A DNA stretch of 63,484 nt, filler included, from Cladosporium halotolerans (GCF_011745625.1; 5 parts of 5 records of this genome joined end to end with filler, not necessarily neighbours in it), one strand, 5' to 3'. Counted from the first letter of the whole stretch, positions 12,509 through 25,494 are shown. Numbers and translations are program-made. Notes: generated by a model from the letters alone, not told the origin.

Positions 12509-12697
12509 TTTGGTTATTTGCATGGGAACGAACGCAACACGATTCTCGTCCTCTGATACAAGACTCGAAGTCACTTGTTTACTGAGCAGCTCACCTTGCA
12601 CAATCTAAGCCGCACACGGCGATGCTGTACACATCTTGAGTAAGGGAACTTTCGGTCGTGTTTCCACGCATGTCAAAGGATGGTGATGTCAAAACCA

Positions 12698-12792
12698 TAG
12701 ATCTTGAATCTTGATTTTCTCAATCAGATAATCAATCAGGTAATCAATCAATCAGGTCCCTGATTGAGCTCGGACCTGAATAATCAGATTCA
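12698..12792. mobile_element. Probable transposon end (AATC/GATT subterminal repeats) at contig end
   Basis: Begins TAGATCTTGAATC and is followed by many AATCA/TGATT copies up to the gap. Confidence 0.45.
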
Positions 12793-12892
12793 NNNNNNNN
12801 NNNNNNNNNNNNNNNNNNNNNNNNNNNNNNNNNNNNTTAATTAATTAANNNNNNNNNNNNNNNNNNNNNNNNNNNNNNNNNNNNNNNNNNNN
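12793..12892. other. Artificial contig spacer
   Basis: N44-TTAATTAATTAA-N44, with stop codons in all six frames. Confidence 0.98.
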
Positions 12893-15046
12893 GACGATGT
12901 AGCCAGCAAAGGAGATCACCATCATCACGGGTGCCTGCCTCCGCTTGGCTTGGTTGATAATAATGAGGCACATGGTAAAAGCCGGAACAAAGACGAAGGA
13001 CCAATACTGCGGCGTTGGGTCCTTGCATTGGGTAGTAGAGACTGCGCTGCTGTCGATGATGCTGTATATGGCGGTGCCGATGGTGATGCCAAAGCCGAGG
13101 AACAGCGAGTATATGATGGCATAGACCATGCGCACACTACCGGCGACGATACTCCGACTTTGCAACTCGAGGGAGGCACAGAGAACGGTGTATCCGGGAA
13201 GGATAAGGGCGATAGATGACTGTGCGAGAGCTGAGAAGCAGAACAGATTGCCCTCGTTGATGCTACCGAAAGCGCGCGAGAGGAAAGAAGTTAATACTGC
13301 GGTACAGATCTCAAAGACGTTGGCGTATGAGTCCGAGCGCGGGGCTACGACCAACTGAAGCACACCCAAAAGGCACCCAAGCAGGAACGCGATTGGGAGG
13401 TCGATGAGTCGGGCTCCGAAAGCGAAAGGTCCGACACATGCAGATGCTAAGCCAAAGACAAAGATTCGGGTCCACTTATTGTGCTTCGGTCTGCATCTCG
13501 AGACCTCCTTCAGCCACTCCGTGGCCTCTTCCACGCCGATCATGTCATGGACTACTCTCTTGTACACCTCGTGCGTGTCCCTGAGCTTCCCTAGGTCCAG
13601 ACCTGGTGCCACCTTGACAAGCTTGACGTCAGTCGTATGGGTAGAGGGGTCGTCAAAAGACATGATCATGGACCCTGGAATGTACAGGAATTGCGCTTCG
13701 ATCTCCAGCACCCGAGCGGACATATTCAGGTACTCTTCCAAGCGATGAGTAGGCGCACCGTACTCCATGAGTGCTCTGCAGAGTCTCATCAGGTACAGCT
13801 GACGGTAAATTGTCTCCGCAACATGGATTGTGATTCTCAAGTCTTCCTCATTCGTCGATCGGCTCGTATGGTGGAACGCATGGAGATTGCTGTGGCCATG
13901 CAACTTGTCGCCAGGCCTTTTCGCTGAATGTCTTTGGACTTCTAGATGCCGACTACCCTCCGCTCCTACACCAGCCACACTCGGCGAAGTTAGGGAAATC
14001 GAAGAGTCAACGAGGAGTGCAAGCGAAGGCGAGGGGGTATCTTTATGCTTGGGCGTGTTTCGACGATCGAGGGATTGCCGCGGAGGGTCTGTAGGCGTGG
14101 AAGCTCCGGTCTTAGAGGGAGAATTAGTCGGACTTGGTTCAGTCCTGCCAGCGACAACACCGTAATTGCCCGATCTTAGGTTGCTCCCCCGATCATTGTC
14201 ATAGTCAGATGGCTGGAAAAATAATGCGAGCACGGCACCGAGAATAGCCCTGCGATACCGTTGTGGCTGGGGGGAATAGTCCTCCGCGAGGTCCGATTGC
14301 TCTGCCGGCAGGATTCCATCAACTCCCTCCGACCTTCCGTCACGTGAGGCATGCTTGCGCGTCGTCCTAGTAGCTTCGATCGCCATCGATGTTCGATGAC
14401 CTTGCCTGGAATTCTCTGATGCATGATCTTCCTCGTCTTGGGCACTGGTATCATCACAACCGCTAGGTGTGATCTTCCCTGTAGAGACATCGTCTCTGCA
14501 AGGTTGCGACAGCCTTGCCATGCCGGAGGCATGGCCTTCTACAAATGAAGTTTGCGAGCCTGGCGCATTCCGGACGTATTTTTCTTCCCTGGGGCATTGC
14601 CGCATCTCAAACCCCTGGCCGACATCATCACGCCCGGACGTCTGCTCTTTGTCCACACGCTCTTCTGACCTATACGTATCGGCGTGCGCTTTCTTCAGCA
14701 GAGGCTCTGTTATTCGAACGGCAGTTTCGGATTTGAAGACAAAGTTTTGCGGTTCAAGATCCCCTACAGCATGTTGCGGCCAAGGGTCCGGTCGTAGAGT
14801 CCTGTGCTCAGAGCGTGGGAGTAGAGTGTCAGCGCCTTCGGAGGACGGAAGGTCATCGAAGGGCCCGGTGAGGCTCATTCGTGACGAAACATGGTGGGCG
14901 GCCAGTGAATCAGAAAACGTCCGATTGCAGTTTGAACATTCGGCACAACTACTGCGCGTACCAGGACCAGTGGGATCTTCGACGGTGCCCATGTGCTTCT
15001 TCCCTTGTTCGTTCTCTTCACCTCGGCCCGCCGGCGGAGGGACCAT
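12893..15046 (-). CDS. PRM10: Pheromone-regulated membrane protein 10-like (ThrE/DUF1212 family), 3' truncated by contig end
   Basis: RITIHVAE..RQLYLMRLCRALMEYGAPTHRLEEYL, ALAQSSIALILPGY and SIVAGSVRMVYAIIYSLFLGFG. Long disordered N-terminus followed by multiple TM helices. Confidence 0.9.
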
Positions 15047-16440
15047 CGTTTTTCACCCGAGCTGACTGGACTGAATTTCTTTGTGTCGATTGGAGGCAAT
15101 GCGGGATTACAATGTATGCAGTCAACCAAAGGAGTCTGCTAGTGCACGAATCCCAGTACTTGTTCCAAGCGGAGTGCGCTCGGATCACCAGAATGTCGAG
15201 CATGCAAACGCCTAGCAGAGAGTTCGCTGTAGAACTGTGCTCTGCAGTGCCCACGTTCACCTGATCCCTACGCCGCAGTGGAAGCCGTGCAAGGAGGACA
15301 AGCGGTATGTCCAGGTTGAGAACGGGGAAAGTCACTCATCTCGGTGAAGTAACGAGATGAGAACAGACCGGTCAGTGTTGAGCTGCAAGAATAAAAAGAG
15401 GGTGGCTCTGAGCACGTTCAAGACGACAATCGGCCGAGCTATGTGTGTGGTCCGAGTCGTCGATTCTGACTGAATGTCCAATGTACTTTTATTAGGGCCA
15501 AGTACGGATGTCCGAGGCGCTCGGCTAGGCTCACGCGCAATGACGAGTAAGCCCCCAACCGAAGCTTTCTAAACCAAAGTTCGATTAGCGCACCCTCGTA
15601 TTTGATGACGTTGTGCTTGTGATGTGCGTAAGTCGAGATTCGTCCATCGACGACACAATTTTATCGTTCACTGCCCCGTGCGCCCTCCGAAATCATCCGT
15701 CGTCTCTGCAAAAACCCGCATGACTCAAAACTAGATCTGATCGCGGTGGAGTCAGCTATGTCGATTTTTAGCGACCTATCGATTCGACGTCAATATCCGA
15801 ATTACGGTGGCGTGTCACTGCTAAAGCACGGCCTCTGCCGCTTGCTGGTTCTGGCGTTCGCACGGACGTACGGAGGGGGGTCGCAATACAGACCTGCGTT
15901 GCCTAGTCTGCGTACGCTTCGGGCATCCCGCTTTGCACTAACGATTTGAGTAGAGTTTCTACGGTCCTTGCATTGCACGCCTTTCGGTCTTCAAGACATG
16001 GCATGAACGCGGTGGCCATCTCAGATAAGGACAGGGAAAGGCTTGCAACCACGTGTAAGTCAATCTCGCCGCGGCGACTTGCCATGCCTGGCATTGCGGT
16101 CGACCCCGCGCGCGCTTTGCGCTAAAGGCGGCCGTGCGCTATTGGGCACGCGTACTGCTCCTGATTGTTTAGTCGACTGCATCCATGCCTTGTTGTTTTC
16201 AAACGCCGCGCGTTGCGTGACGTTGCAAGGACCAACCCCTCTCCTGGATGTCCATCCACTACATACAGTTATTGTCGCGTGTCCATGCGCTGCAGCGCTT
16301 CCCGTCTACACTGTGTAGTTGTCAACAATTATTTTGCTCCAACAAACCGCAGTGTTCTGCATTTGATATAACTTCCTTTTAGCGCAATTCAGCGGAGCTA
16401 GATCTTCCAATCAAGCTGCACTCCGCCAGACGACAAAATC

Positions 16441-17067
16441 ATGTCTGGAATCCTTGGTAAACTGGCCGGGCAGCTCGCCTCTGGCGGCGGCAATGGCAAT
16501 GGTACCAGCCCAGGCGGTTACAACTCCCAATCTTCCGGCTCCGGGAAGCTTGTGCATAATCTCACCGACAATTTAACGGGGCAGACTCATCGGCAGGACT
16601 TGACAGGCTCTTCACAAACGTCATACGCCCCAGGCGGCTCTATGGCCCACGCGGCTCAAAAATACCCTAGTGAGGGTTACGGGCGTAAGCAGCACATGAG
16701 AGACGACTGGCAAGGCCAAGGTGGTCCCGGCGGATACCAGTACCCTGGAGAACAGCACTCACGAGAGAATGATCCTCGCATTGGCCAGCCTGAACATGAC
16801 CAATCTGCTAGCGAGTATCGACGGGACAACCGCTCTTATGCACCAGGTTATCATGGCGGCTACCAACAGTCTGGATATTATCAAGAGATTGATGGCCACG
16901 GATACAAACAGGATCACCGGCCATATGAGCCGAATCCTGGTCGTTTTGAACAAGGCCGACATGAACGGGAACAAGGCCATGGTACTTATCAGCAGTACCC
17001 AGTAAGCCACCAGCGAGAGTTTAACGGTCATGATCAGTATCGCGAAGGCTATCTGGAAGATCATTAA
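16441..17067 (+). CDS. Gly/Gln/Tyr/His-rich hydrophilic hypothetical protein
   Basis: 208-aa ORF with a good start context (AAAATCATG), an upstream TATAA and strongly biased composition. Confidence 0.7.
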   Translation: MSGILGKLAGQLASGGGNGNGTSPGGYNSQSSGSGKLVHNLTDNLTGQTHRQDLTGSSQTSYAPGGSMAHAAQKYPSEGYGRKQHMRDDWQGQGGPGGYQYPGEQHSRENDPRIGQPEHDQSASEYRRDNRSYAPGYHGGYQQSGYYQEIDGHGYKQDHRPYEPNPGRFEQGRHEREQGHGTYQQYPVSHQREFNGHDQYREGYLEDH

Positions 17068-17324
17068 AGGTCCTCGCAAGACTACGGCAGGCGTTGAAAA
17101 GGCGTGAAAGATAGATTACAATCGGTCATCGTCTGTCACGTTGGCCTGATAGACTTCCGTGAAGCGGTGTGGCAATTATCATACAATTCTTACACTCTGT
17201 TCTCCGAGAGTTCGGGTTCTGTGGAAAGATGTCGACAGATAGGGCATTCAGCCTAATTGACTCGCCTCCTCTGTCACAATCATCACACGTCTCATCCTCA
17301 GAGCAAGTAGGAAACGCTTCTCGA

Positions 17325-17560
17325 TCATTCGCCTGCTACTTCCCCCGATTGCTTGCGGGCCCTAGCATACCGTTCGCAGTGTAGCAGCGCGTATAGAACT
17401 CTCTCATTGAAGCGTCCGCACTTGCGGTCCGGAATGTCCGCGGGGTTTTCCTCCACGGGACAAGTGCTCAGCCCGCGGTACTTCGTCAAAGCTTGCATCA
17501 GGGCGGACGCCTTGTCGAAAGACAGCGCGCCGTAAAGGCGAGGCACGTGCCTGTCCAATC
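17325..17560 (-). mobile_element. Degenerate LINE ORF2 C-terminal (zinc-finger) relic
   Basis: HVPRLYGALSFDKASALMQ..T...KCG...ERVLYALLHCERY resembles the Tad1-type C-terminus (LY..L....A..L.QLRTG...CG...ETV.H.LL.C). Confidence 0.45.
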
Positions 17561-18054
17561 AGGTCTTGTACATCTGCCATGTGTAGTACCTCGTGCGGGT
17601 ATCGTCCTCACTGACGTGCAGACTTTTCGCCTGCTGCGCCTGAACCGAGCGAAGCACCCCCGACAGCTCGCGCATCCTCTCGGTGCGGGCGGCTGTGGGC
17701 TTGCTGCTGGTCTCGGCAAATTTCTTCTAGTCCGCTTTGCTTCTCGCACGTCGCAAATGCCCTCGTCCCAGGAGCGAGCACGACGATCCTATTGGGAATC
17801 CGTGATGGCGACTGAGATCACCTGGAACATGTTCGCGCATTGCGCGACGATGCACCGTGATGCTAACGCTACATGCTGCACCGGGATTTGTGGGAGAAAG
17901 CCTTTGCTACTTTGCTGGAATAGTGGAAGTTGATGATGAGACCTCGTTGCACGTCGCTAGTCACTATCGTGGCGAAGCCGCGACTGACCTAGTGGCTAGC
18001 CAAATAAATCGTTGGGTTGAACTTGACATCTCTTCGACGCGCTAGAGAGACTTA

Positions 18055-20218
18055 GAAGCTTTCCCCACTCAGTTCACAACACCACTCAATGCACACGCGT
18101 CGCGAACGCGACGCGACGCCCTTGATCATCGCATACTTCAACCAACATGCTTCCTATCGATGAAGCAATTGTATATTTGAATAATCAAGATGTTCCTCAT
18201 GTTTCAAGAGCCGCCAAAAAATTCCAGGTCAATAGAAGCACTCTCAGCAGGAGATTCAATCACCAAAGTGGCTCGAGATCCCAAGCAACACAACAAAAAA
18301 AGTTCTTGTCCACCAAGCAAGAGAAGGTGCTTATCAAACACATAAATAGACTGTGCGAGAGAGGCTTCCCACCTACACCATACATGGTCGCCAATATTGC
18401 CAGTCAAATTGCGAAAAGACAGCCCGGAAAAAATTGGACTTCAAGGTTTGTGAGCAGATAGAGCCACGAATTGGATTCTAAATATCTCAACACACTGGAT
18501 GTTTCACGGCACAAAGCTGAGTTCGCGAACTCTTTCAAGCAGTAATTCGATGTTCTGAGCAGTAAGATCGAGCAGTATGGTATAATGCCTCGGAACATGT
18601 ACAACATGGACGAAAAGGGATTCCTGATTGGGTATCTTACTAAAAGCAAGAGAGTGTTCACAAAGGCTCTTTTCGACAATCAAAAGCTCATGGGCACCGC
18701 TCAGGATGGTAGTAGGACGTGGGTGACTGTTGTGGCTACGATTTGTGCAGATGGAACGTCTTTATCTCCAGGGATAATCTACGAAGGCCAACCAAACACT
18801 GTCCAGGACAGTTGGTTGGATGGGGTCAAGGAGGAAGACCACTTAGCCTTCCTCGCATCCTCTGCTAATGGATGTACCAACGATGAGCTTGGATTTGACT
18901 GGTTGGTAAACCTCTTCGATAGGGAGACAAAGGAGAAAGCGAAGAGGGACTGGAGACTGCTGTATCTGGATGGCCATGGCTCGCATTTGACCATCCGATT
19001 CCTCGATTGGTGCCAGCCCAACAAAGTACTAGTCGCTGTGTACCCACCTCACTCGACTCACAGACTGCAGCCGTTGGACGTCAGCCTGTTCGCCCCCTTA
19101 GCCACATCTTACAGCAAAGGCCTGGATGAGCACATGAGGCAATCAGAACGCCTTACGGGGGTCACCAAGCGTGACTTTCTTCGTCTTTTCTGGCCAGCAT
19201 GGCAGAAGGCGTTCACAGAGGCCAACATCAAGAGTGGATGGGCAAAGACTGGCTTATGGCCTTTCGACCCGCCCGTGGTAATGAAGATGTTCAAAAAAGC
19301 TGCGACCCCACCAGGTGATCAGACCGAGGAGCCACGTACCCCGTGTAGCAGATTCAGTGGCTCAGAGAGCTCCAATCTGTCTCCAAAGGACTGGCGGAAG
19401 ATTCAGAGCATGGTGAACAAAACTGTGACGAAGGTGGCAGACGCAAAACACAGGAAGAGCTTAGAGTACCTCGGGGACAAGGTCATCTCACAATCTGCGG
19501 AGATCACCTTACTAAAAGAAGGATACAAGAGACTATCAGCGGCTCTCTACGACGAGCGCAGCCGCAAGAAAAGAGGCAAGAAGCTCATGGAGGAGTTCAG
19601 ATCCAGGGACGAGGGCAGTGCTACCTTCTTCAGTCCCCGCAAGGTGAAGCAGCTTCAGGATCTTGAGCAGGCAAAAAAGGATGAAAAGGACCTGCAACAG
19701 CAAGAAAAAGCTATCAAGGCACAAGAGAGAGAGCGAGCAAAGCTACTCAAAGCCCAACAACTGGCGGAAAGAAAGGCTGAAAGACAAAAAAAGGCCGAGG
19801 AAAGGAGGGCGGCGTTAACAGCCGGGATTGCTAGCAAGGCTGCTGCGAAAATGGCTAGAAAAGCTCCAGGTCATTCGGAAATGCCCAATCCAACCTCCTG
19901 TAGGAAAACCAGCAGTCAGAAAACGCACCTCAGAAGGCCGGAAGAGCTACTGAAAGACGGAGATGCGATAGTGGTCAAAAACAGGCCGAGGGCTCCAGGA
20001 CCAGGCGTGTCATCAAGTGGCAGAGTCCTCAAACCTTCGCGAAAGCTTCAGCACTAGATAATTCACACGAGTACTGATCATATGCAAGGTCATCATATGC
20101 TATTATATGGATAGCCTCAGTAGTTTAATGCGTGAGATATGCGACGATCAAGGGCGTCGCGTCGCGTTCGCGACGCGTGTGCATTGAGTGGTGTTGTGAA
20201 CTGAGTGGGGAAAGCTTC
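18055..20218 (+). mobile_element. Full-length Fot1/pogo (Tc1/mariner) DNA transposon
   Basis: 81-bp TIRs (18055-18135 and 20138-20218; one mismatch) starting GAAGCTTTCCCCACTC. TA target duplication at 18053-18054 and 20219-20220. Confidence 0.95.
18147..20057 (+). pseudogene. Pogo-type DDE transposase with two nonsense codons
   Basis: HTH-psq/CENP-B N-terminus, then YNMDEKGF, LYLDGHGSH and LQPLDVSLF in one frame. Stops at 18459-18461 (TAG) and 18543-18545 (TAA). Confidence 0.92.
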
Positions 20219-20556
20219 TAACCAGCATCTGTTCATTGCAAGATGATCCCTGGTTGGGGTAAGTAGGGTTGCTTGACGCCGTTGATCCCGGCTTGCAGGT
20301 TTCTTCGGCGCCGCGGTACCCCGGCTTCCGGCTGGTCGATCGCCGACTAGCGCGCGCGTTGCCCTCACAACAACGGCTGTGTAAACTTAGCGCGTTGTTT
20401 GGCCGTGCCCACACCTGGATCATCATCAGACATTAACCACTGTTCGCGGCCAAGTGCTAGTCGCCCTCTCAGCTGATTCACATCGCTCTGCCATCGCTAG
20501 AAAAAAATCCTGTTCGCTTGATATCGTTGCATCGCACATTCCGCTCGCTACACACA

Positions 20557-23500
20557 ATGGGCCCGAACTCTCCGCCCGGCTATGGGCCGCCTCCAGGTTA
20601 CGAGGACGAGACCACACCTACCCATAGCCCCAGCATGCGCCTGTTGAACGGCGCCGACAATGCTTCTCCCACAAGACCAACACCACGCTCCGCAGCACGC
20701 GCCCGAGCAAACGATGCCTTCGAAGCCGCGCGACAGCGATTCGTGCGAGCTGCAGACCCGAGTCCCACGAGACCGTTAGTTTCCCTCTCCGATGTTTCGA
20801 CGGATGCAAACCTCAGCCCACGCGTCGATGACCCCCCACGGCTACGAGTAGCCTGGTATCCGCGGACGAACAACAGGACGGCCGCCAGAACAGTGTCGAG
20901 GACCCCTTCTCCGACACAGCCGGACCGTCCGGGCCGCGAAAGAGGCAGCTGAAAGTCCGCTTCCAAAGCAGTCCACGTAGTTCTCCAGACTTACCCTCCT
21001 CATCCCACAGACCGAGTCCTCCCTCGCGTGCCTACCAGCCTGCATCGGCTACAGGAAGGCCATCCTCAAGACAGACGTCCATTCTAGAGAATGCACCCGA
21101 CCTTACGCCCTCCGGTGCGGAGGCTTCAACATACGCTCCGTCATCCTTCACACCCTCGTACGCACCATCTTACTACCCAGATGCGCCTGCGTACAGACCA
21201 TCTTCAAGAGGATCGGAGACGCGGACGATGTCATACTCGCCTTCTCGGGTGTCGAACGAGTACAGCAGGCCACCTCCGAGCAGTGTGCCTTTTGAGCCGG
21301 CGGACATCAACGGGAGCCCGAGACCAGGAACACCTTCATCACAATATGGCGGCTCTCCGAAGCGGCCGCTTCCTCCGCAGCCTCTCTTTGCAGCAGGGAG
21401 ACCGCTACCTACCGAAAGTGACAAGGACCCAGACATGACAACAATTCCCATCGAAGGCGACGTCGACGATGTGTTTGGACCAGCGGGCGACGATGACGAT
21501 CTCTCCCGACCAGAGCTGAGGAAAATGGACAGCTACATGTCGGAATCGACGTTCACAGACTCGCTCTACGATGAGAAGGATGATGGTGACGACGAGCTCT
21601 ACGGTCCGGCTCCCACAGGAAAGCAGGCCCGGCGTGGCGCAAGAGAAGCACAACTTTCGAAAAAAGAAGTCAAGCTCATCAACGGCGAACTGATTCTGGA
21701 GTGCAAGATCCCGACGATTCTGTACTCGTTCTTGCCGCGACGCGATGATGTTGAATTCACACATATGCGGTACACTGCAGTAACCTGTGACCCGAACGAT
21801 TTCGTCGAGAGAGGATACAAGCTGAGGCAGAACATTGGCTACACGTCGCGAGAGACCGAGCTTTTGATCTGTGTTACCATGTACAACGAGAACGAAATCG
21901 ACTTCACCCGCACGATGCACGGTGTCATGCGCAACATTGCGCATTTCTGCAGCCGTTCGAAATCCAGGACCTGGGGCAAGGACGGATGGAAGAAGATTGT
22001 AGTCTGCATCATTTCCGACGGTCGCTCCAGGGTCCACCCTCGAACTCTCGATGCACTAGCGGCAATGGGCTGTTACCAGGAAGGCATCGCAAAGAACCAA
22101 GTCAACCAGAAAGAAGTCGCCGCTCACGTCTACGAATACACCACGCAGGTATCGCTCGATTCAGATCTCAAATTCAAGGGTGCAGAGAAGGGCATCGTTC
22201 CTTGTCAGATGATCTTCTGCCTGAAGGAGAAGAACTTGAAGAAGCTGAACAGCCACCGATGGTTCTTCAACGCATTCGGCCGCGCCCTCAACCCCAACGT
22301 CTGTATTCTTCTCGATGTTGGTACCAGGCCCGGAGACGACTCGCTCTACCACCTCTGGAAGGCGTTCGACAGAGATTCAAGCGTCGCAGGTGCTGCAGGC
22401 GAGATCAAAGCAGCAAAAGGCAAAGCCTGGAGCGCTCTTCTCAATCCCTTGGTCGCAAGTCAAAATTTCGAGTACAAAATGTCGAATATCCTTGACAAGC
22501 CTCTGGAGTCGGTTTTCGGGAACATCACTGTGTTGCCCGGTGCCCTGAGTGCATACCGATACCACGCACTTCAGAACGACGAAAATGGACATGGCCCTCT
22601 CAGTCAATACTTCAAAGGTGAAACACTCCACGGCCAGGATGCAGACGTCTTCACCGCAAATATGTACCTCGCCGAAGATCGCATTCTCTGCTGGGAACTA
22701 GTCGCAAAGCGCAATGAGCGATGGGTGCTGAAGTATGTGAAGAGCGCTATCGGAGAGACCGATGTTCCAGACGCAGTGCCAGAGTTCATCTCTCAGCGCC
22801 GTCGTTGGCTGAACGGTGCTTTCTTCGCAGCCGTGTACTCTCTTCTGCACTTCAGCCAGGTCTGGAAGACGGATCACTCGATCGCTCGCAAAGTGCTGCT
22901 GCACATCGAGTTCCTCTACCAGTTTCTGAACCTTCTGTTCACATTCTTCTCGCTCGGCAACTTCTACCTGACCTTCTACTTCATTGCTGGCTCGCTGGCG
23001 GACCCGAAGATTGATCCATTCGGACACAACATCGGAAAAGTCATCTTCTACATCTTACGGTACACCTGCATTCTGCTGATCATGATGCAATTCATTCTCT
23101 CCATGGGCAACCGACCTCAGGGTTCCAAGAGAATGTACATGGGCAGCATGATCACGTACGGAATCATCATGGCTTACACGACCTTTGCCGCACTCTACGT
23201 CGTGGCAATCCAGCTGACCGGCGACGAGGACATCGAACTGGGCAACAACATCTTCACCAACATGATCGTCTCCACGCTCTCCACAATCGGCCTCTACTTC
23301 ATCATGTCCTTCCTCTACCTCGACCCCTGGCACATGTTTACCTCCAGCGCGCAGTACTTTGCTCTCTTGCCGTCTTACATCTGCACCCTGCAAGTGTACG
23401 CCTTCTGCAACGCCCACGACGTCTCTTGGGGTACCAAAGGTGACAACGCTAGCAAGGCCGATCTCGGTGTAGCCAAGGGCTCCAAATCCGGCGTCGTCGA

Positions 23501-24029
23501 GCTCGAGATGCCCTCTGAGCAACTTGACATCGACTCCGGCTACGACGAAGCGCTCCGCAACCTCCGCGACCGCGTCGAGGTCCCCGCTCCAGGCCCGAAC
23601 CAGACGCAGATCCAGGAAGACTACTACCGCGCCGTACGCACGTACGTCGTCATCGTCTGGATGTGCTGCAACGCCGTCCTCGTCATGGCCGTCAGCGAGG
23701 CCTACCCGACCAACAGCATCGGCGAGAACTACTACCTCAAGATCATCCTGTGGTCTGTTGCGGCGCTCGCGCTCTTCCGTGCTGTGGGCTCGAGCACGTT
23801 CGGCATCATCAATATTATTCATTCGATCATCGAGGGTAAGGTCAAGTGGGGCGCGAAGAGCGAGGCGGGTAGTGCTACGGCTAGTAGCCGGAATGGTATG
23901 AGCACCTGGAAGGGCGGACAGTCGAGCAGCTTCAGCCTGCCGAGCTGGATGAGCAGTAGTGGCAGCTGGGTGAGTAGTAAGGTCAGCAGTTTCACGGGGA
24001 GTAGTGCGGGCAGTGTGTTCAGGCGATGA
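20557..24029 (+). CDS. CHS2: Chitin synthase, class II
   Basis: [53 protein letters not shown] and SWGTKG. A probable intron at about 20775-20851 links ATG 20557 to the long open frame. Confidence 0.93.
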
Positions 24030-24269
24030 GAGCACGGTGATGTTGATTTGGGAGTTCACGGCGTTTAGCGGTCCGGGCGATTCGGCTGCCACGATTGTGA
24101 ACTAGAGGTGGGATTTGTATACTCGCACAGGACATTAGGACTTTTCCGTATTCAATACATGAGAGAAGGTTTTCTATTTCGCACGTATCTCAATGCTTTT
24201 GGGTAGTGTAATTTGCTGAAAATAACTGCGCGTGGCTGACTGAGAGGTCACCATGCTCGCATGAGTGCA

Positions 24270-25480
24270 GCACCGAGTTCGGAGGCCCTGCGTATGGGCT
24301 TGGGGACCTATTCGTCCACCAGACGGCATAATGACCCTCATTTTTCAACTCTGAGGTGAGCAACTTCCGTCGTCTCATAGCTGAAGTGAAGGTGATAAGC
24401 CTCAGCAGAATCCATTCGCGGTATACTTGACAGGTGTATTGAGCACCTCGTCCTAGCTGCGGTGTACCTCGACTGGAGCTCGGTCGCACCACGGCAGGAG
24501 TCTGGGGGACCTCATTACTGATTTGGTGGACCTTTACGCTGTCCAAGATCTGGTTGAGGGTACCTCAAGTTCTGCACAGGGGACCTCAATTGTTGACTCT
24601 TTTCCTCAGCGCTAAGAAGAGCACGGTGCACCACAGTGGGAGCTTCAGTGGACCTCCATATTACTTCGGAAGATCCCAGGATGAGCTCGGTGCACTATGG
24701 CAGGAGTGCGATAAGCCTGCGTATTGATCCAAAGGACCTCTGCCCGCACTCGGTGCCCCATGCCAAAATGTTCGGGGTACCTGAATGATGATTCGGAGGA
24801 TCTCAGCCTGGGCTCGGTACACCATGGCAGAAGTTCGGTGGACCTACCTACCAATCGTAGGATCTTAGCTTGTGTAGGATCTGGCTGAGGGTACCTCAAT
24901 TCTGCCTAGGGGACCTCAATTGTAAAAACAGGTGGGAGGTACCCTCAACGAAAAAAGAGGTACCCTCAGCCAGATGCTCCAGCTTGGGCTCAGTGTACCA
25001 TGGCGAGAGGTCGATACACCACGGCAGGAGTTCGATGGACTTGTGTACCACTTCGGGAGACCTCAGGCTATACTCAGTGCACCATGGCGAGAGGTCGGTG
25101 CACCATGGCTTCACTCCGGGGGACCGGTGTACTCGCTCGGAGGACCTCAGGCTAAGGTCGGTGCACCATCGCAGGAGAGCGATAGACCAGCTAGTAGTTC
25201 GGAAGACCCCAGGCCAAGCTCGGTGCACCATTAAGAGTTCGGTCAACCTGCATGCTAGTCTGCAAGATCTTCAAATGTATGCGCGGTGCACCCTTAGGGG
25301 AAGGTCGGTGCACTAATTTGCCCGGAGGACCTCAGCCTGAACTCGTTATACCATAGGCGGAAGTTTGGTGGATAAACGCACCAGTCCCCAGAATCTCAGT
25401 TTGTGCTCGGTGCACCATGACGGGGATTTGGTGGACCTAAGAACTTCCTCGGAGGACCTTAGTCTGAGCTCGGTGCACCT
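24270..25480. repeat. Degenerate hierarchical tandem array (21-bp subunits in 63/84-bp higher-order units)
   Basis: CTCGGTGCACC-like cores recur near 24622, 24685, 24749, 24812, 24989, 25073, 25157, 25219, 25282, 25342, 25406 and 25469. Confidence 0.85.
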
Positions 25481-25494
25481 AGCTAAAAGAAGTA

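Noticed and set aside
1..12792. Starship element
   Set aside because: No DUF3435 tyrosine-recombinase captain or boundary is visible; the cargo-like content alone is insufficient.
12793..12892. TTAATTAATTAA palindrome repeated four times at ~12.6-kb spacing, and ORFs ending X..LIN
   Set aside because: Assembly linker embedded in N runs. Contig lengths decrease monotonically, so neither the spacing nor cross-gap adjacency is biological.
23055..24092. 345-aa minus-strand ORF
   Set aside because: Antisense shadow of the codon-biased chitin synthase.
24270..25480. CRISPR-like array
   Set aside because: The apparent spacers are themselves degenerate copies of the 21-mer, the repeats are not identical, there are no cas genes, and the context is eukaryotic.
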